Positions 52,593 through 63,630 of a stretch of 64,000 nt of DNA are shown piece by piece (within the stretch, counting starts at the first letter, position 1; the number at the start of each line of letters is the position of its first letter). Source of the DNA: an uncultured delta proteobacterium (lineage in GTDB: Bacteria > Desulfobacterota > Desulfobacteria > Desulfobacterales > QNYZ01). A program made the position numbers and the translations under genes. A model generated the notes under the pieces. The model was given only the letters and a program-made list of their open reading frames with translations. It made no database searches and was not told the DNA's origin. Location of the stretch: assembly GCA_963845145.1 (NCBI GenBank), contig CAWJQU010000001.1, forward strand, positions 288,001-352,000, given 5' to 3'.

Positions 52593-54452
52593 TTAAATTG
52601 ATACCCGATCCAATTCGGCATCGAATTCGGCTTCCTGGGACTCATACGCGTCAGTCACTTCTTCCAGCCGGGTGAAAAACCGGTCGATTTCCATCTGCAG
52701 ATGGTGAATTTCTTTGGATAGCATGGCGATCTTTTTTCCATTACCGGTAGTAGATGCATCAATCATCTTCCGGTTATACCGGCTCAGCTCTGCTTCGCGC
52801 TTTTCAATATTCTTCTCGACTTCCTTCATCTCTTTTCTCAAGGGCTTTAATGCGTTGGTTTTGCGCGTCAAAACCTCTGATCGCATCTGACGCATCTCTT
52901 TTTTTGATAAGCGCTCGGGGGTATTGCTATCCGAAAGGATGGGGGCTCCGTTTACCGCTTGCACGTTCTCTTCCTGCCAACCCACTCGATCGAGAAAATC
53001 CTGGTAGGACCCTTCAAACAGATCCGTTCGGCCATTTTGAAAAACAATCAATCGTTCTGCCAGGGCATGCAGAAACATTTCATTATGTGTCACCATGATT
53101 AAGGTGCCGTCAAAAAAATCCAATGCGGCCAGCAAGGCATCGCAGGCATCCATATCGAGATGGTTGGTTGGTTCATCCAGTAGCAACAGGTTCACAGGCG
53201 TAATCAGGATCTTTCCCAACATCACCCGGCTCTTTTCGCCACCAGAGAGGATGCTTATCTTTTTGGTGGCGTCGTCACCTGAAAAAAGCATGGCTCCACA
53301 AATGTTCCGCACCGACTGTCTATCCGTGCCGCCCTGCGCGAGGCCGATCTCATCCTCCACCGTGCGCGTATCCACCAACGATGTGGCATTACTCTGTTCA
53401 AAATAACCAGTGGCAATGTTGGGGTTAAATTGAAACTGCCCCTTTTGGGGCGACAAAGCACCCGCCATGATCTTTAGCAGCGTGGTCTTGCCACGACCGT
53501 TTTTACCGATAATGCCGATACGGTCACCGGCATTCACGGAAATATTAAAACCGCTGAATAGTGGGTGATTTTTATCATACCCAAAAGCAACATCTTCGGC
53601 GGTGAATACATGCCGCCCTTTGGAAGGAATGCTGGGAATTGAAAATTCAAGGGATTGAACCGCTGTCAGTTTTTCTTTTTTTTCCATCTTAGCCAGGGTT
53701 TTCACGCGGGACTGAACCATGTTGGCCAGTCTTGCCTTAGCCCGAAAACGGTTGATGAAAAGCGCAACTTCCTTTTTACGTTTTTCATCGTTTAGGCGTG
53801 TCTTTTCGTAAATGGCCTCCTCTTGGACAATCTGGGAGTAATATTTTTCCGTGTCGCCGGCAATTTTTTTAATTTGGCCCCGATGAATCCCGATGGTATG
53901 GGTCACCAGCTTATCCATAAAAGTGCGATCATGGGTGATCAGTATCAACTCATGCGGCCAGTTTGACAAAAAGCCCTCAATCCATCGGATGGAAGCAATG
54001 TCCAGATAATTGGTGGGTTCGTCGAGCAGGAGCAGATCAGGTTCGGAGATGAGGGCCCTTGCCAAATTAAGCCGCACCTGAAATCCGCCTGAAAATTCAC
54101 CGGGGGGGCGATTGAAATCTTCCTCCGAAAATCCGAGCCCGGCCAGAATCCGCTCCACCTTCCAATGCTGATCCCGTTCATTGGGCGGCAGCGCCGATAT
54201 TCCTTCCTCAAGAATCGTATTCGCGGTAAAACTCACATGCTGCTTAACATACCCAATTCTATAATTGCGGGGAATATTCAGCTTCCCTTCATCCATATTC
54301 TCCAACCCGGCGATAATTCGAAACAGGGTCGTTTTTCCATGGCCGTTACGGCCTACCAAACCCACCCGTTCGCGGGAGTTTATCTGAAAGCGCACACCCT
54401 CAAACAGGCGACGCTCACCGTAGCTTTTATGTAAATTTTCGATGCTGATCAT
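52593..54452 (-). CDS. ABC-F family ATPase
   Basis: Two ABC cassettes (GRNGHGKT/FSGG/LLLDEPTN; GKNGRGKT/LSGGE), C-terminal coiled coil, no TM segments. Confidence 0.95.
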   Translation of the reverse strand: MISIENLHKSYGERRLFEGVRFQINSRERVGLVGRNGHGKTTLFRIIAGLENMDEGKLNIPRNYRIGYVKQHVSFTANTILEEGISALPPNERDQHWKVERILAGLGFSEEDFNRPPGEFSGGFQVRLNLARALISEPDLLLLDEPTNYLDIASIRWIEGFLSNWPHELILITHDRTFMDKLVTHTIGIHRGQIKKIAGDTEKYYSQIVQEEAIYEKTRLNDEKRKKEVALFINRFRAKARLANMVQSRVKTLAKMEKKEKLTAVQSLEFSIPSIPSKGRHVFTAEDVAFGYDKNHPLFSGFNISVNAGDRIGIIGKNGRGKTTLLKIMAGALSPQKGQFQFNPNIATGYFEQSNATSLVDTRTVEDEIGLAQGGTDRQSVRNICGAMLFSGDDATKKISILSGGEKSRVMLGKILITPVNLLLLDEPTNHLDMDACDALLAALDFFDGTLIMVTHNEMFLHALAERLIVFQNGRTDLFEGSYQDFLDRVGWQEENVQAVNGAPILSDSNTPERLSKKEMRQMRSEVLTRKTNALKPLRKEMKEVEKNIEKREAELSRYNRKMIDASTTGNGKKIAMLSKEIHHLQMEIDRFFTRLEEVTDAYESQEAEFDAELDRVSI

Positions 54453-54710
54453 GGGTATCGGCTCAACTGCGTTTGGTAACGGTTTTGGGTATTTCGATCG
54501 AATAAAGAGGATTATGCTACGCAACCCAAAGGATTGTGTCAACAAATGGCTGCCGAAAGATAACACTGGAAGGGCACAATCGATAGAAAGAGGGTAAACG
54601 CTTTACCCTTATTGAATGATGTAAAAACTTCGCGATAAAACCTTTTAAGCTATTAATCTTGCGCTTCCACGGAAAGCTTCCGGAATAAATAAAAACCCCT
54701 GATTTTTTTC

Positions 54711-54758
54711 TTGACATGGGGAAGCTGTCTTTATATGAGATAAATCATATCTTATATA
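54711..54758 (+). promoter_or_regulatory. sigma70-like promoter overlapped by an AT-rich inverted repeat (candidate Rrf2 operator)
   Basis: TTGACA at 54711; TATATGAGATA-aatca-TATCTTATATA at 54732-54758 (1 mismatch). Confidence 0.55.
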
Positions 54759-54796
54759 TCCTATATTGGTTTGTATTACACTCACGGGAATAAATT

Positions 54797-55246
54797 ATGC
54801 GAATAACAATGGCAGCTGAATATGCAATACGATGTATCCTCTATTTAACCCAGCAAGGCCGGGGCGTACTTGTCAAACGACTAAAAATAGCGGAAGAGGC
54901 GGATATTCCCTCTCATTTTCTTGCCAAAATTGCCCAGGATCTGGCCAGGGGAAATCTTATTGAAATCCGCCAGGGTTCCCGGGGGGGCTTGGCCCTTATA
55001 AAAAACCCGACATCCATCACTTTGCTGGAAGTGGTTGAAATTATGATTGGCGAGATCTTTCTTAACGACTGTGTCGCCCTGCCGGATTCCTGTAAGGTTT
55101 CTTATAGTTGTTCTGTCCATCAAATATGGATGCAGGCCAGGGACCAGCTACGGAATACATTGGAAGGCGTCACCTTCGATCAATTGGCCAAAAAAGGTCC
55201 TTGTGTACCAATTCTTCCGGAGATGGATCCCTCCGGCAACAAATAA
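54797..55246 (+). CDS. Rrf2-family transcriptional regulator (Cys ligands retained)
   Basis: EYAIR, LAKI.Q.L, G..GG..L, ITLLEV; C-x5-C-x5-C. Confidence 0.93.
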   Translation: MRITMAAEYAIRCILYLTQQGRGVLVKRLKIAEEADIPSHFLAKIAQDLARGNLIEIRQGSRGGLALIKNPTSITLLEVVEIMIGEIFLNDCVALPDSCKVSYSCSVHQIWMQARDQLRNTLEGVTFDQLAKKGPCVPILPEMDPSGNK

Positions 55247-55513
55247 ATGGATATAGATGTGACAAACAAAACAATGCGAGCAGAAACATCTACGGAACGA
55301 CCAGGCCGGCTACAATTTGGCCTTTTTTCAAGGGTATTCCAATTCTATATGGATGGTTTTCGCCGAATGACGCTGGGTCGGACATTATGGAAACTGATTA
55401 TCATCAAGTTGATTATTATGTTTGGCGTGCTCAAGCTGTTTTTTTTCCAAGGATTTTTAGAATCGAAGTTTACACGGATAATCAGCGAGCAGACTATGTT
55501 GTTGAGCAAATGA
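55247..55513 (+). CDS. DUF4492-like small membrane protein preceding cydA
   Basis: FYMDGFRRMTLGRTLWKLIIIKLIIMFGVLKLFFF. Confidence 0.8.
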   Translation: MDIDVTNKTMRAETSTERPGRLQFGLFSRVFQFYMDGFRRMTLGRTLWKLIIIKLIIMFGVLKLFFFQGFLESKFTRIISEQTMLLSK

Positions 55514-55558
55514 CCCAATTTGTCCCTAATACAAACCCGCAAAAGGAGGTAGAAAAAA

Positions 55559-57094
55559 ATGATTGATAGTTTTGACCTGTCCATGGTGAACTGGGCCAGG
55601 GCGCAATTTGCACTCACGGCCATGTATCACTGGATCTTTGTACCGCTCACACTGGGTATCACATGGATCATCGCTTTTTACCATTCCATCTACTATAAGA
55701 CCGGTAGTCGGGAATGGGAGCGGTTGACCCGATTCTGGATGAAACTTTTCGGTATCAACTTTGCCATCGGTGTCGCGACCGGCATCATCCTTGAGTTTGA
55801 GTTCGGTACCAATTGGTCCAACTACTCGTGGATGGTGGGTGATATCTTTGGTGCGCCACTGGCCATTGAGGGAATCGTCGCTTTTTTCCTGGAAGCCACC
55901 TTTTTTGCCGTCATGTTTTTCGGCTGGGAGCGTGTTTCCAAAAGATTCCATCTCTTTTCCACATGGATGGTGGCCATCGGCTCCAACCTGTCCGCCGTAT
56001 GGATACTGGTAGCGAACGCCTGGATGCAGCACCCAGTCGGCCAGGCATTTAATCCGGATACGGCTCGATTTGAAATGCAGAATTTTTCTGATGTGGTTTT
56101 TCGCCGGTAGCGGTTTCCAAGTTTACACACGCCACCAGCTCTTCCATGTTGCTGGCATCGTTCTTTATTATTTCCATATCATCCTGGTACCTGCTCAAGG
56201 GCAGGCATATCCAAATGGCAAAACGATCCATCATGGTAGCGGCGCTTTTCGGCTTACTCTCTTCCGGATTCGTCATCTTTACCGGCGACGAAGCCGCATA
56301 CGAGGATGCCCAGCACCAGCCCATGAAGCTTGCTGCCATTGAAGGACTCTACGACGGGGAACGCGGTGCCGGAGTTATCGCTTTTGGCATGCTCAACCCA
56401 GATAAAAAACCGGGTGATAATCAAAATGCCTTCAACTTTGAAATCCGCATTCCCGGGTTGCTTTCCCTGCTGGCCAACCGTTCGATCAACTCTTTTGTCC
56501 CCGGCATAAACGATCTGGTATATGGCAATGAAAAAGAAAATATTATGGGAACCGCCCAAAAGATCGACAAGGGCAAGATTGCCCTTGCTTCACTGGATAC
56601 TTATAAAACCGAAAAGAAAAAAGGGAATTCGGCGACATCCGACAAAGCGCTTACTGTTTTTAATGAAAACAAGGACTACCTTGGCTACGGATTTCTGACC
56701 CAACCTGAAGAAGTCGTACCACCTGTTGGAATGTCTTTTTACACATTTCACATCATGGTGGTTCTGGGGGGCTCTTTCCGCTTGGTCTGTCTGGCATTTC
56801 TTTATTTCTCCTTCAAAGATTTGTTGCATGGAAAAAAGATGGTTGCTCGGTCTTGGCACGAGTATGTTTTTTCTCAGCATGATCGCCTCTCAGGCCGGTT
56901 GGATCGTCGCCGAAGTGGGTCGACAACCCTGGACCATACAGAATCTGCTTCCGGTAACGGTGGCCCGCTCGAACCTGACGGCAGGCACGGTGCAGACCAC
57001 TTTTTTCATGTTTTTTGTGCTTTTTGCCATCCTACTTATTGCCGAGATACGGATTATGACCAAACAAATCAGCATCGGTCCGGAGGAGAACTAA
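55559..57094 (+). CDS. cydA: Cytochrome bd ubiquinol oxidase subunit I (frameshifts near 56100 and 56830)
   Basis: [48 protein letters not shown]. Confidence 0.95.
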
Positions 57095-57095
57095 A

Positions 57096-58228
57096 ATGAT
57101 AGGAAACCTTGATTATACAACACTACAGCACCTTTGGTGGCTGCTATGTTCAGTTGTCGGCGCCTTGTTCCTTTTTCTAACCTTTGTTCAGGGCGGACAA
57201 ACCCTGCTATGGCAGGTGGCAAAAACAGACACAGAGAAATCTCTGGTCATCAATCACTGGGACGCAAATGGGAACTGACCTTTACAACCTTGGTCCTCTT
57301 CGGTGGCGCGCTCTTTGCCGCTTTCCCAAAATTTTACGCCACCAGCTTTGGTGGCGCCTACTGGGTCTGGGTGCTGATTCTGTTTACCTTTGTCCTCCAG
57401 GCCGTCAGCTTCGAGTATCGAAAAAAACAAAATAATCTGCTCGGAGAAAAGGTCTATGAATTATTCTTATTCATCAATGGGTCCGTAGGCATCCTGCTGA
57501 TCGGAGCGGCTGTCGGCACCTTTTTCACCGGGTCTAATTTTGGGCTGAACAGCTATAACTTTGTTACCTGGCTCCATCCTCTGCGCGGTCTTGAGGCGGC
57601 TTTCAGCCTCTTTAACCTGTCTCTTGGCCTGTTTTTGGTCTTCAACGCGCGCACCTTGGGCGCGATGTATCTGATCAACAACATCGACTATACAACATTA
57701 CCGGATATGGAAACCCGCATTCGCAAGGCGACGCTTACGAATTTTATCATTTCCTTACCGTTTCTGCTCTACGTTCTGGTTAGCCTTTTGTTGATGAAGG
57801 GGTTTGGTATCGTCGACGAACAGGGCACTATCGCCCTGGTTGCACGTAAATACCTATCCAACCTGCTGGCCAATCCATGGTTGCTGGTACTGTTACTTCT
57901 CGGTCTTGTGATGGTTATCCTGGGCGTACTGAAAACAGCCAAATCCGACAGTACGGCCGGTATCTGGTTCGGAGGTCTCGGCACCGTTCTGGTCGGTTTG
58001 ACGGTACTGTTGCTGCCGGCTTACAACCAAACCGCCTTTTATCCGTCAAAGGCCGCCCTTCAATCCAGCCTGACCATCTATAATGCGTCGTCAAGCCCGT
58101 ACACACTGACAGTGATGACCTACGTGGCAATCGCCATTCCGTTTGTACTGGCCTATGTCGCTTATGTCTGGCGGTTAATGGATAAAAAGAAACTGACGGC
58201 TGCTGAAATATCAGACTATGGATATTAG
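57096..58228 (+). CDS. cydB: Cytochrome bd oxidase subunit II (frameshift near 57255)
   Basis: FVQGGQ, GRKWELTFTTLVLFGGALFAAFP, SLTIYNASSS..TL..M. Confidence 0.93.
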
Positions 58229-58269
58229 CCCACTGCGACCAAATTTTGGTTATATTTAAGGAGATCTTT

Positions 58270-58362
58270 ATGAATACGTTTTTACTCTTATCCTGGGTTG
58301 CACTGATTGGTGTTTCTTACTGGGGAGCACTGATTATTCTGAAAAAAACAAACTTATATTAA
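58270..58362 (+). CDS. 30-aa single-TM peptide (MNTFLLLSWVALIGVSYWGALIILKKTNLY), candidate small cytochrome bd subunit
   Basis: TAAGGAGA RBS; 41 nt downstream of cydB; hydrophobic core with a basic C-terminus. Confidence 0.7.
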   Translation: MNTFLLLSWVALIGVSYWGALIILKKTNLY

Positions 58363-58901
58363 TTTGTCATCCGTTATCCGGCGGGAGCGTTACCTTAATA
58401 CAATTCCAATGCAGCGGCCTTAAGCACAAGTAAAACGACTTCAGGCCAAATTTTATGCAATGTCAGGGTTAATTCCGCCGGATAGCTATTTTCCGCATCC
58501 CATAATTTAAACTTGAATTCTGTTGTGTTTTTTGAAATTTTTCTTTGTCGAAAATTTCATACCCTATCCTTTTACCCTCCTCAGCCAAACGGCCCTCCCT
58601 TGTTTTAACAAACCCATTATTCTTCTCACTCAGAAAGATCGGTTTTATTTTTTCGTTATCAGGACAGAGGCAATCTACTGAACATGGAAAATAAGCGGAT
58701 TGTATGCTACTCTTCATCTCCAGAAGCGCGCTATAACCGCAACCCCATTTAATTGTTTTCAGAGGCCAAATGGCTCTTTGGATATTTTTATTAACCGGTT
58801 ACCCCTTTTTATCGGTATATAGACACGCACGGTTTAAACTTTTGATATTGGCCTTTAAAATGCTTTTCACTAAATCCCAAACGGTTTAATTAATCTTTGG
58901 C

Positions 58902-60941
58902 ATGAAGAAAAAAACACTAATTGCCTTGTCGATATTACTTGTATTGACCATAAACCTGGTCATTTTTTTTCAAGTAAAAAAAGGATCAAAGGATCTGAAC
59001 AAAACAGCAGCGGTTAATGGCGCACTTGACCTAAGCGCCTGGAATTTTATTAATGACGGGGTAGCAAGGCTTGATGGAGAGTGGGAGTTTTACTGGAACC
59101 AATTCATATATCCTGGTGATTTCAATGAAAGCGTAAAAATAAATCAGCCAAATTTGATTCACGTGCCTACCCGATGGAACAAGCCATCTCTCGGAAATAG
59201 TCCATATGATAGTTTTGGGTTTGCGACCTACCGTTTGACAATTACCATAAATTCAACCCAAAAGCTAAAAGGTTTTAAGATACCGGAAATAAACACATCT
59301 TATAAAATGTGGGTAAATGGCGAGCTTTTGGCCGAAAACGGAATCGTCGGGAAAGACAAAGCAACATCGCGTCCTCAATATCTTCCACTCATAAAAATGT
59401 TCAAACCGGATAGCAACCGGGTTGAACTTGTCATCCATGTATCAAATTTCCACTATGCGCATGGGGGTATCTGGAAAAGTATTTTATTTGGAAATGAATC
59501 GGAGATCCTGAAACTTAGAAAATACGGCATAATGTTTGAAGTATTTCTCATTGGTGCACTATTTGCTATGGGCATATACCACGCCGGGCTCTACATGCTG
59601 TATAGAAAAGAAAGTGCCATGCTCTATTTTGGTATTTTTTGCCTGATGATTGTGATTAGGGCCTCTTTGACTGGCGAACGTTTGCTTCTAAACCTTTTTC
59701 CTGTGTTACCATGGGAATGGGCACTAAAAATCGAACTTCTGCCGATATTTTGGGGGCCAGTAATATTTTTACTTTTCTTAAGGGCATTATATCCAGGAGA
59801 AATTAATCGCCATGTATATCACTTGATTCTATATTCAGAGATTATCGGCAGCCTACTTTTTTTACTCCTTAAACCTATATTTTTTGAACAATTATTCATT
59901 TTTTTCCAACTGTTGCTGGCCATATTATGCGCTTATTACTTTGCTATTCAGATTTCTGCCCTTAGAAAAAAACTGTATGGGGCAAGTTTTATGGTAACAG
60001 GGTTTGTTGTTTTATTTTTAACAGTTATCAATGATATCTTACATTCCCAATTTTTAATTAAAACATCTTTTATCGTGCCCTTCGGAATGATTTTCTATCT
60101 TCTTTTTTCTTTTGCCTTGCAAAAAAAGTTTGTCCAAGCCGAAAAAAAATTGCGGTCACAAAGAGATCAATTAAAGCGGGCCGAGAAAATGACAACCCTC
60201 GGAACGTTCATCTTATGTGTAACCCACGACATCAATAACCCTAATACCTCAATAAAAATAACATCTCAGGGACTTGCTGATTTATGGAAAGGTGTCGTTC
60301 CTGTTTTAGAGGAGTACAAAGATGAATTTGGTGATTTTGAGATAGGCGGAAGCACGTTTATGGATTTAAAAACAAATGTTCCAGGAGATTTCTCCAGAAT
60401 AATTCGTAACTCCGAGAGGATTCACCACATTGTTAACGGTTTAAAGACATTCATCAATCCCAGCAAAGATATCATAGATAAAAATATAAGCGTCAACTCA
60501 ATAATTAAGACCTCTGTGAATCTTTTCCATAATGACACAGGAAAAAACATCTCAATATCGATAGACCGTGAAAGACATATTCCAAAAATCAGGGCGAAAT
60601 TTTGGGACATTGTTCAAGTGGTCATCAATCTTATACAAAATGCCTGTGATGCTGTTCATAAAGACGGTGGCCGTATTCGAATCCGATCATTTTCCAACCG
60701 TCTTGAAAAAAAAGTATATATAGAGGTTAAGGACAATGGGGCGGGTATAAGTGAAGATAAAATTTCAAATATCTACAAAGAGTTCTACACAACCAAAAGA
60801 GGCACAAATAGTATTGGGCTTGGACTGTTTATTGCATCTGTCATCATCAAAAACCATAATGGCGAGCTGAACATACATTCTGATAAAGAAAAAGGCACTA
60901 CCGTATCAATCATCTTCAACATGATAGAAGAAACCAAGTAA
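58902..60941 (+). CDS. Membrane sensor histidine kinase (7TM-DISM-like)
   Basis: LDGEWEFYW periplasmic domain, ~7 TM helices, H-box THDINNP, N-box NLIQNA, DNGAGI, GLGL. Confidence 0.9.
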   Translation: MKKKTLIALSILLVLTINLVIFFQVKKGSKDLNKTAAVNGALDLSAWNFINDGVARLDGEWEFYWNQFIYPGDFNESVKINQPNLIHVPTRWNKPSLGNSPYDSFGFATYRLTITINSTQKLKGFKIPEINTSYKMWVNGELLAENGIVGKDKATSRPQYLPLIKMFKPDSNRVELVIHVSNFHYAHGGIWKSILFGNESEILKLRKYGIMFEVFLIGALFAMGIYHAGLYMLYRKESAMLYFGIFCLMIVIRASLTGERLLLNLFPVLPWEWALKIELLPIFWGPVIFLLFLRALYPGEINRHVYHLILYSEIIGSLLFLLLKPIFFEQLFIFFQLLLAILCAYYFAIQISALRKKLYGASFMVTGFVVLFLTVINDILHSQFLIKTSFIVPFGMIFYLLFSFALQKKFVQAEKKLRSQRDQLKRAEKMTTLGTFILCVTHDINNPNTSIKITSQGLADLWKGVVPVLEEYKDEFGDFEIGGSTFMDLKTNVPGDFSRIIRNSERIHHIVNGLKTFINPSKDIIDKNISVNSIIKTSVNLFHNDTGKNISISIDRERHIPKIRAKFWDIVQVVINLIQNACDAVHKDGGRIRIRSFSNRLEKKVYIEVKDNGAGISEDKISNIYKEFYTTKRGTNSIGLGLFIASVIIKNHNGELNIHSDKEKGTTVSIIFNMIEETK

Positions 60942-60945
60942 TGAT

Positions 60946-62355
60946 ATGAAAAATCCTCTATTTCCTATTTTAATTGTTGATGACGAAGAGGACATTCTAG
61001 CGTCTTACAGCATGGCATTGAAACAGTCGGGACTAACAAACCTAATTCTTTGCCATGAAAGCGCATGCGTCCTCCAAATTATTGAAAATGAAGCCATATC
61101 CATAATTCTACTTGACTTGATTATGCCGGATATCGATGGAATTAGTTTGTTAAAAATTATACAGGAAAAATATCCACAGATTCCCGTGATCGTTATTACA
61201 GGAACAGACGATGTCTCATTAGCGGTTGAGTGCATGCAGCTTGGCGCACACGATTTTATCGTTAAACCGGTTGACAGTCTGCGGCTTTACAGCAGTGTTA
61301 AGCGGGCCTTGGATATATATTACCTTGAAACTGAGGTGAAAAGACTAAAAGGGACTGTTTTATCGCAAGAACTGAATCATCCGAAAACATTTAGCCATAT
61401 TGTTACATCTGCACCATCTATGTTTGCCATATTTAAATACATAGAAGCCATTTCTGATAGTCTGAAACCGGTGTTGATTACGGGAGAAAGTGGGGTTGGT
61501 AAAGATCTGATCGCAAAGGCAATACATTGTTTGAGCCATAGAGATGGAGAATATGTTTCCGTTAATGTTGGTGGGCTTGATGACACGGCCTTTTCTGATT
61601 CCCTATTCGGTCATAAAAAAGGAGCTTTCACAGGCGCCCATTCACATCGTCAAGGGCTCGTTCAAAAAGCCCAAAATGGCACTTTGTTTCTCGATGAGAT
61701 CGGAGAGCTTGAGAACGGTTCTCAGGTAAAATTACTCCAACTTCTACAAAACAACGAATATTATCCCCTCGGCTCCGATATTATTAAAAAATCTTCCGTC
61801 AAAACCATTGCCGCCACCAATCAGGATTTAGAAAGCCTAATAAAAAAAGGTGCGTTTAGAAATGACCTATATTACAGATTAAATATACACAGAATCCATA
61901 TCCCACCACTAAGAGAAAGGGTAAACGATATACCACTGCTTGTCAGTCATTTTATTAAAAAGGCATCAAAGGAATTAAAAAGGCCGGAGCCCGAAATCAG
62001 CGCCCACCTAATATCCATGCTGAAAAAATACCGTTTTTCCGGAAATATACGCGAACTTGAATCGATAATCTATAATGCGGTCAGCTTGAGCTTAAATGGG
62101 GAATTTGATGAATGTATCCTTCATTCAATAACAGACAATGAGGCCCTCATAAATTGTAATCCTTCCGAAGACGGACTTGAGTCAAAAAATATGCCTTCAT
62201 TTATCACCTATTCCGGTGACATTCCAACATTACATGAAGCTGAGGAATTTTTTATCGGCGAGGCGTTGAAAAAAGTGGGCGGAAATCAAACGCTGGCATC
62301 AAAAATTCTTGGAATTTCCCAATCCACATTGAGCCGGCGGCTTAGCTCACACTGA
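60946..62355 (+). CDS. Sigma54-dependent response regulator (NtrC family)
   Basis: REC domain (VDDE, LDLIMP), GESGVGK, GAFTGA, LFLDEIG, GNIREL, Fis-type HTH. Confidence 0.96.
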   Translation: MKNPLFPILIVDDEEDILASYSMALKQSGLTNLILCHESACVLQIIENEAISIILLDLIMPDIDGISLLKIIQEKYPQIPVIVITGTDDVSLAVECMQLGAHDFIVKPVDSLRLYSSVKRALDIYYLETEVKRLKGTVLSQELNHPKTFSHIVTSAPSMFAIFKYIEAISDSLKPVLITGESGVGKDLIAKAIHCLSHRDGEYVSVNVGGLDDTAFSDSLFGHKKGAFTGAHSHRQGLVQKAQNGTLFLDEIGELENGSQVKLLQLLQNNEYYPLGSDIIKKSSVKTIAATNQDLESLIKKGAFRNDLYYRLNIHRIHIPPLRERVNDIPLLVSHFIKKASKELKRPEPEISAHLISMLKKYRFSGNIRELESIIYNAVSLSLNGEFDECILHSITDNEALINCNPSEDGLESKNMPSFITYSGDIPTLHEAEEFFIGEALKKVGGNQTLASKILGISQSTLSRRLSSH

Positions 62356-62372
62356 AAAAAATCATAATATGC

Positions 62373-62404
62373 ATGCAAAATGAATATACTTATTCATTTT
62401 GCAT
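62373..62404. promoter_or_regulatory. Perfect 14-bp inverted repeat, candidate enhancer (UAS)
   Basis: ATGCAAAATGAATA-tact-TATTCATTTTGCAT, ~100 bp upstream of a -24/-12 element. Confidence 0.65.
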
Positions 62405-62502
62405 AGAAATATGCGCTTTTTAGTTATTATTTTCTCCTTTATTATTCCAACATCCAATTAAGATATCACCACTATAGCCAACTAAATATTCTTTCACCCC
62501 TC

Positions 62503-62518
62503 CGGCACATGACTTGCA
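62503..62518 (+). promoter_or_regulatory. Sigma54 -24/-12 promoter
   Basis: CGGCAC-atgac-TTGCA with canonical GG-N10-GC spacing. Confidence 0.8.
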
Positions 62519-62785
62519 ATTGAAGCACTAAATCTTAAAACCCATAAAGTCATATGGGGCTAAAACTCTACGACCTCAATTATAAGGGTTTTTCTTATCT
62601 GGTTGGACAATTTGTATAGAAATGACCGCCCAAAGAAGGATTGAAATAGAAGCGTTTGAAATCTAATTACTATTACTTTTTGGAACGCATAGCAACAAGT
62701 AAAAGGGGGTTAAAAAAATGCGGTATTTTAGATTTAACGGTACTCATCACAAAGCAAAAAACCATTCCAACCTTGGAGAAAAAGA

Positions 62786-63364
62786 ATGAAAAACATCATA
62801 TCGGTGATGGTACTTTGGCTACTAATCATGGTCTGCACATTTAATGTCGCTACAGCGAAAGAGTGGCGATTTCCAGTAGGATTAACCTTTGTATCCGGTT
62901 TCAGTGATATCGTTGATCGCATTGAAGACAACATGGGCTTTGTGGAAACCGTCGATTATCTCCCCATCGGGTTAACGTTCCAACCATATCTCCAATTTGA
63001 CAATGGCTTCGGTGTGGGCATTGGATTCGGCCCTATGATGTGGATCACCGGTGATGCCGACCTATTTAATCTTCCAGTCAACGTAAATGGCCGTTATACC
63101 TTCAAGCCGAAAGGCACGGTATCACCCTATGTGCGGGCTGGTATCTCGACCCATTTGGCCAGCGGAGACTATGTTGAAAGTTCAAAACCAGGTTTTTTCG
63201 GCGCTGTTGGTGTGGAATTTTTAAAAGACAAAATGGTCTCCATGGGTGTCGAGGTTGGTTATGACACCTCAGAATTAGAGATGGAGGACACCTCTTTCAG
63301 AGGCGGCGGAACTGAAGATATTCAACCATTGGCGTTTATGATCAACTTGTTTGCCGTTTTTTAA
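62786..63364 (+). CDS. Outer-membrane beta-barrel protein
   Basis: Signal peptide (ATA), SPYVRAG, alternating strands, C-terminal Phe. Confidence 0.8.
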   Translation: MKNIISVMVLWLLIMVCTFNVATAKEWRFPVGLTFVSGFSDIVDRIEDNMGFVETVDYLPIGLTFQPYLQFDNGFGVGIGFGPMMWITGDADLFNLPVNVNGRYTFKPKGTVSPYVRAGISTHLASGDYVESSKPGFFGAVGVEFLKDKMVSMGVEVGYDTSELEMEDTSFRGGGTEDIQPLAFMINLFAVF

Positions 63365-63630
63365 CCCCTGGATAGAAAAAACAAAAAAATGGAACGAAAA
63401 ATGATCTTTAAAAGCATTGCATAGTTGTTTTTAATTATTTTCGCATTCAACGGATGTGCGTTTACAGCAACCATTAAGCCAGTAAAACCACTTGATGCCC
63501 AACTGTCCAATTTCAAGTACACCACGCGGAGTACAAAATGGATAACAAAAAACAATTGTGGGTAGCTATCCTGATTGTCTATGGCGCCCTTTTTACAATT
63601 TCCGTCTCGGGAAACCAAGAAACCGCTACA

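Noticed and set aside
62530..62600. c-di-GMP-I riboswitch in the outer-membrane gene leader
   Set aside because: A hairpin is present, but the GNRA loop, GCAAA junction and second stem are not recognisable.
63401..63575. Lipoprotein-like fragment (MIFKSIA*LFLIIFAFNGC)
   Set aside because: It is interrupted by a stop and short; it cannot be supported as a gene.
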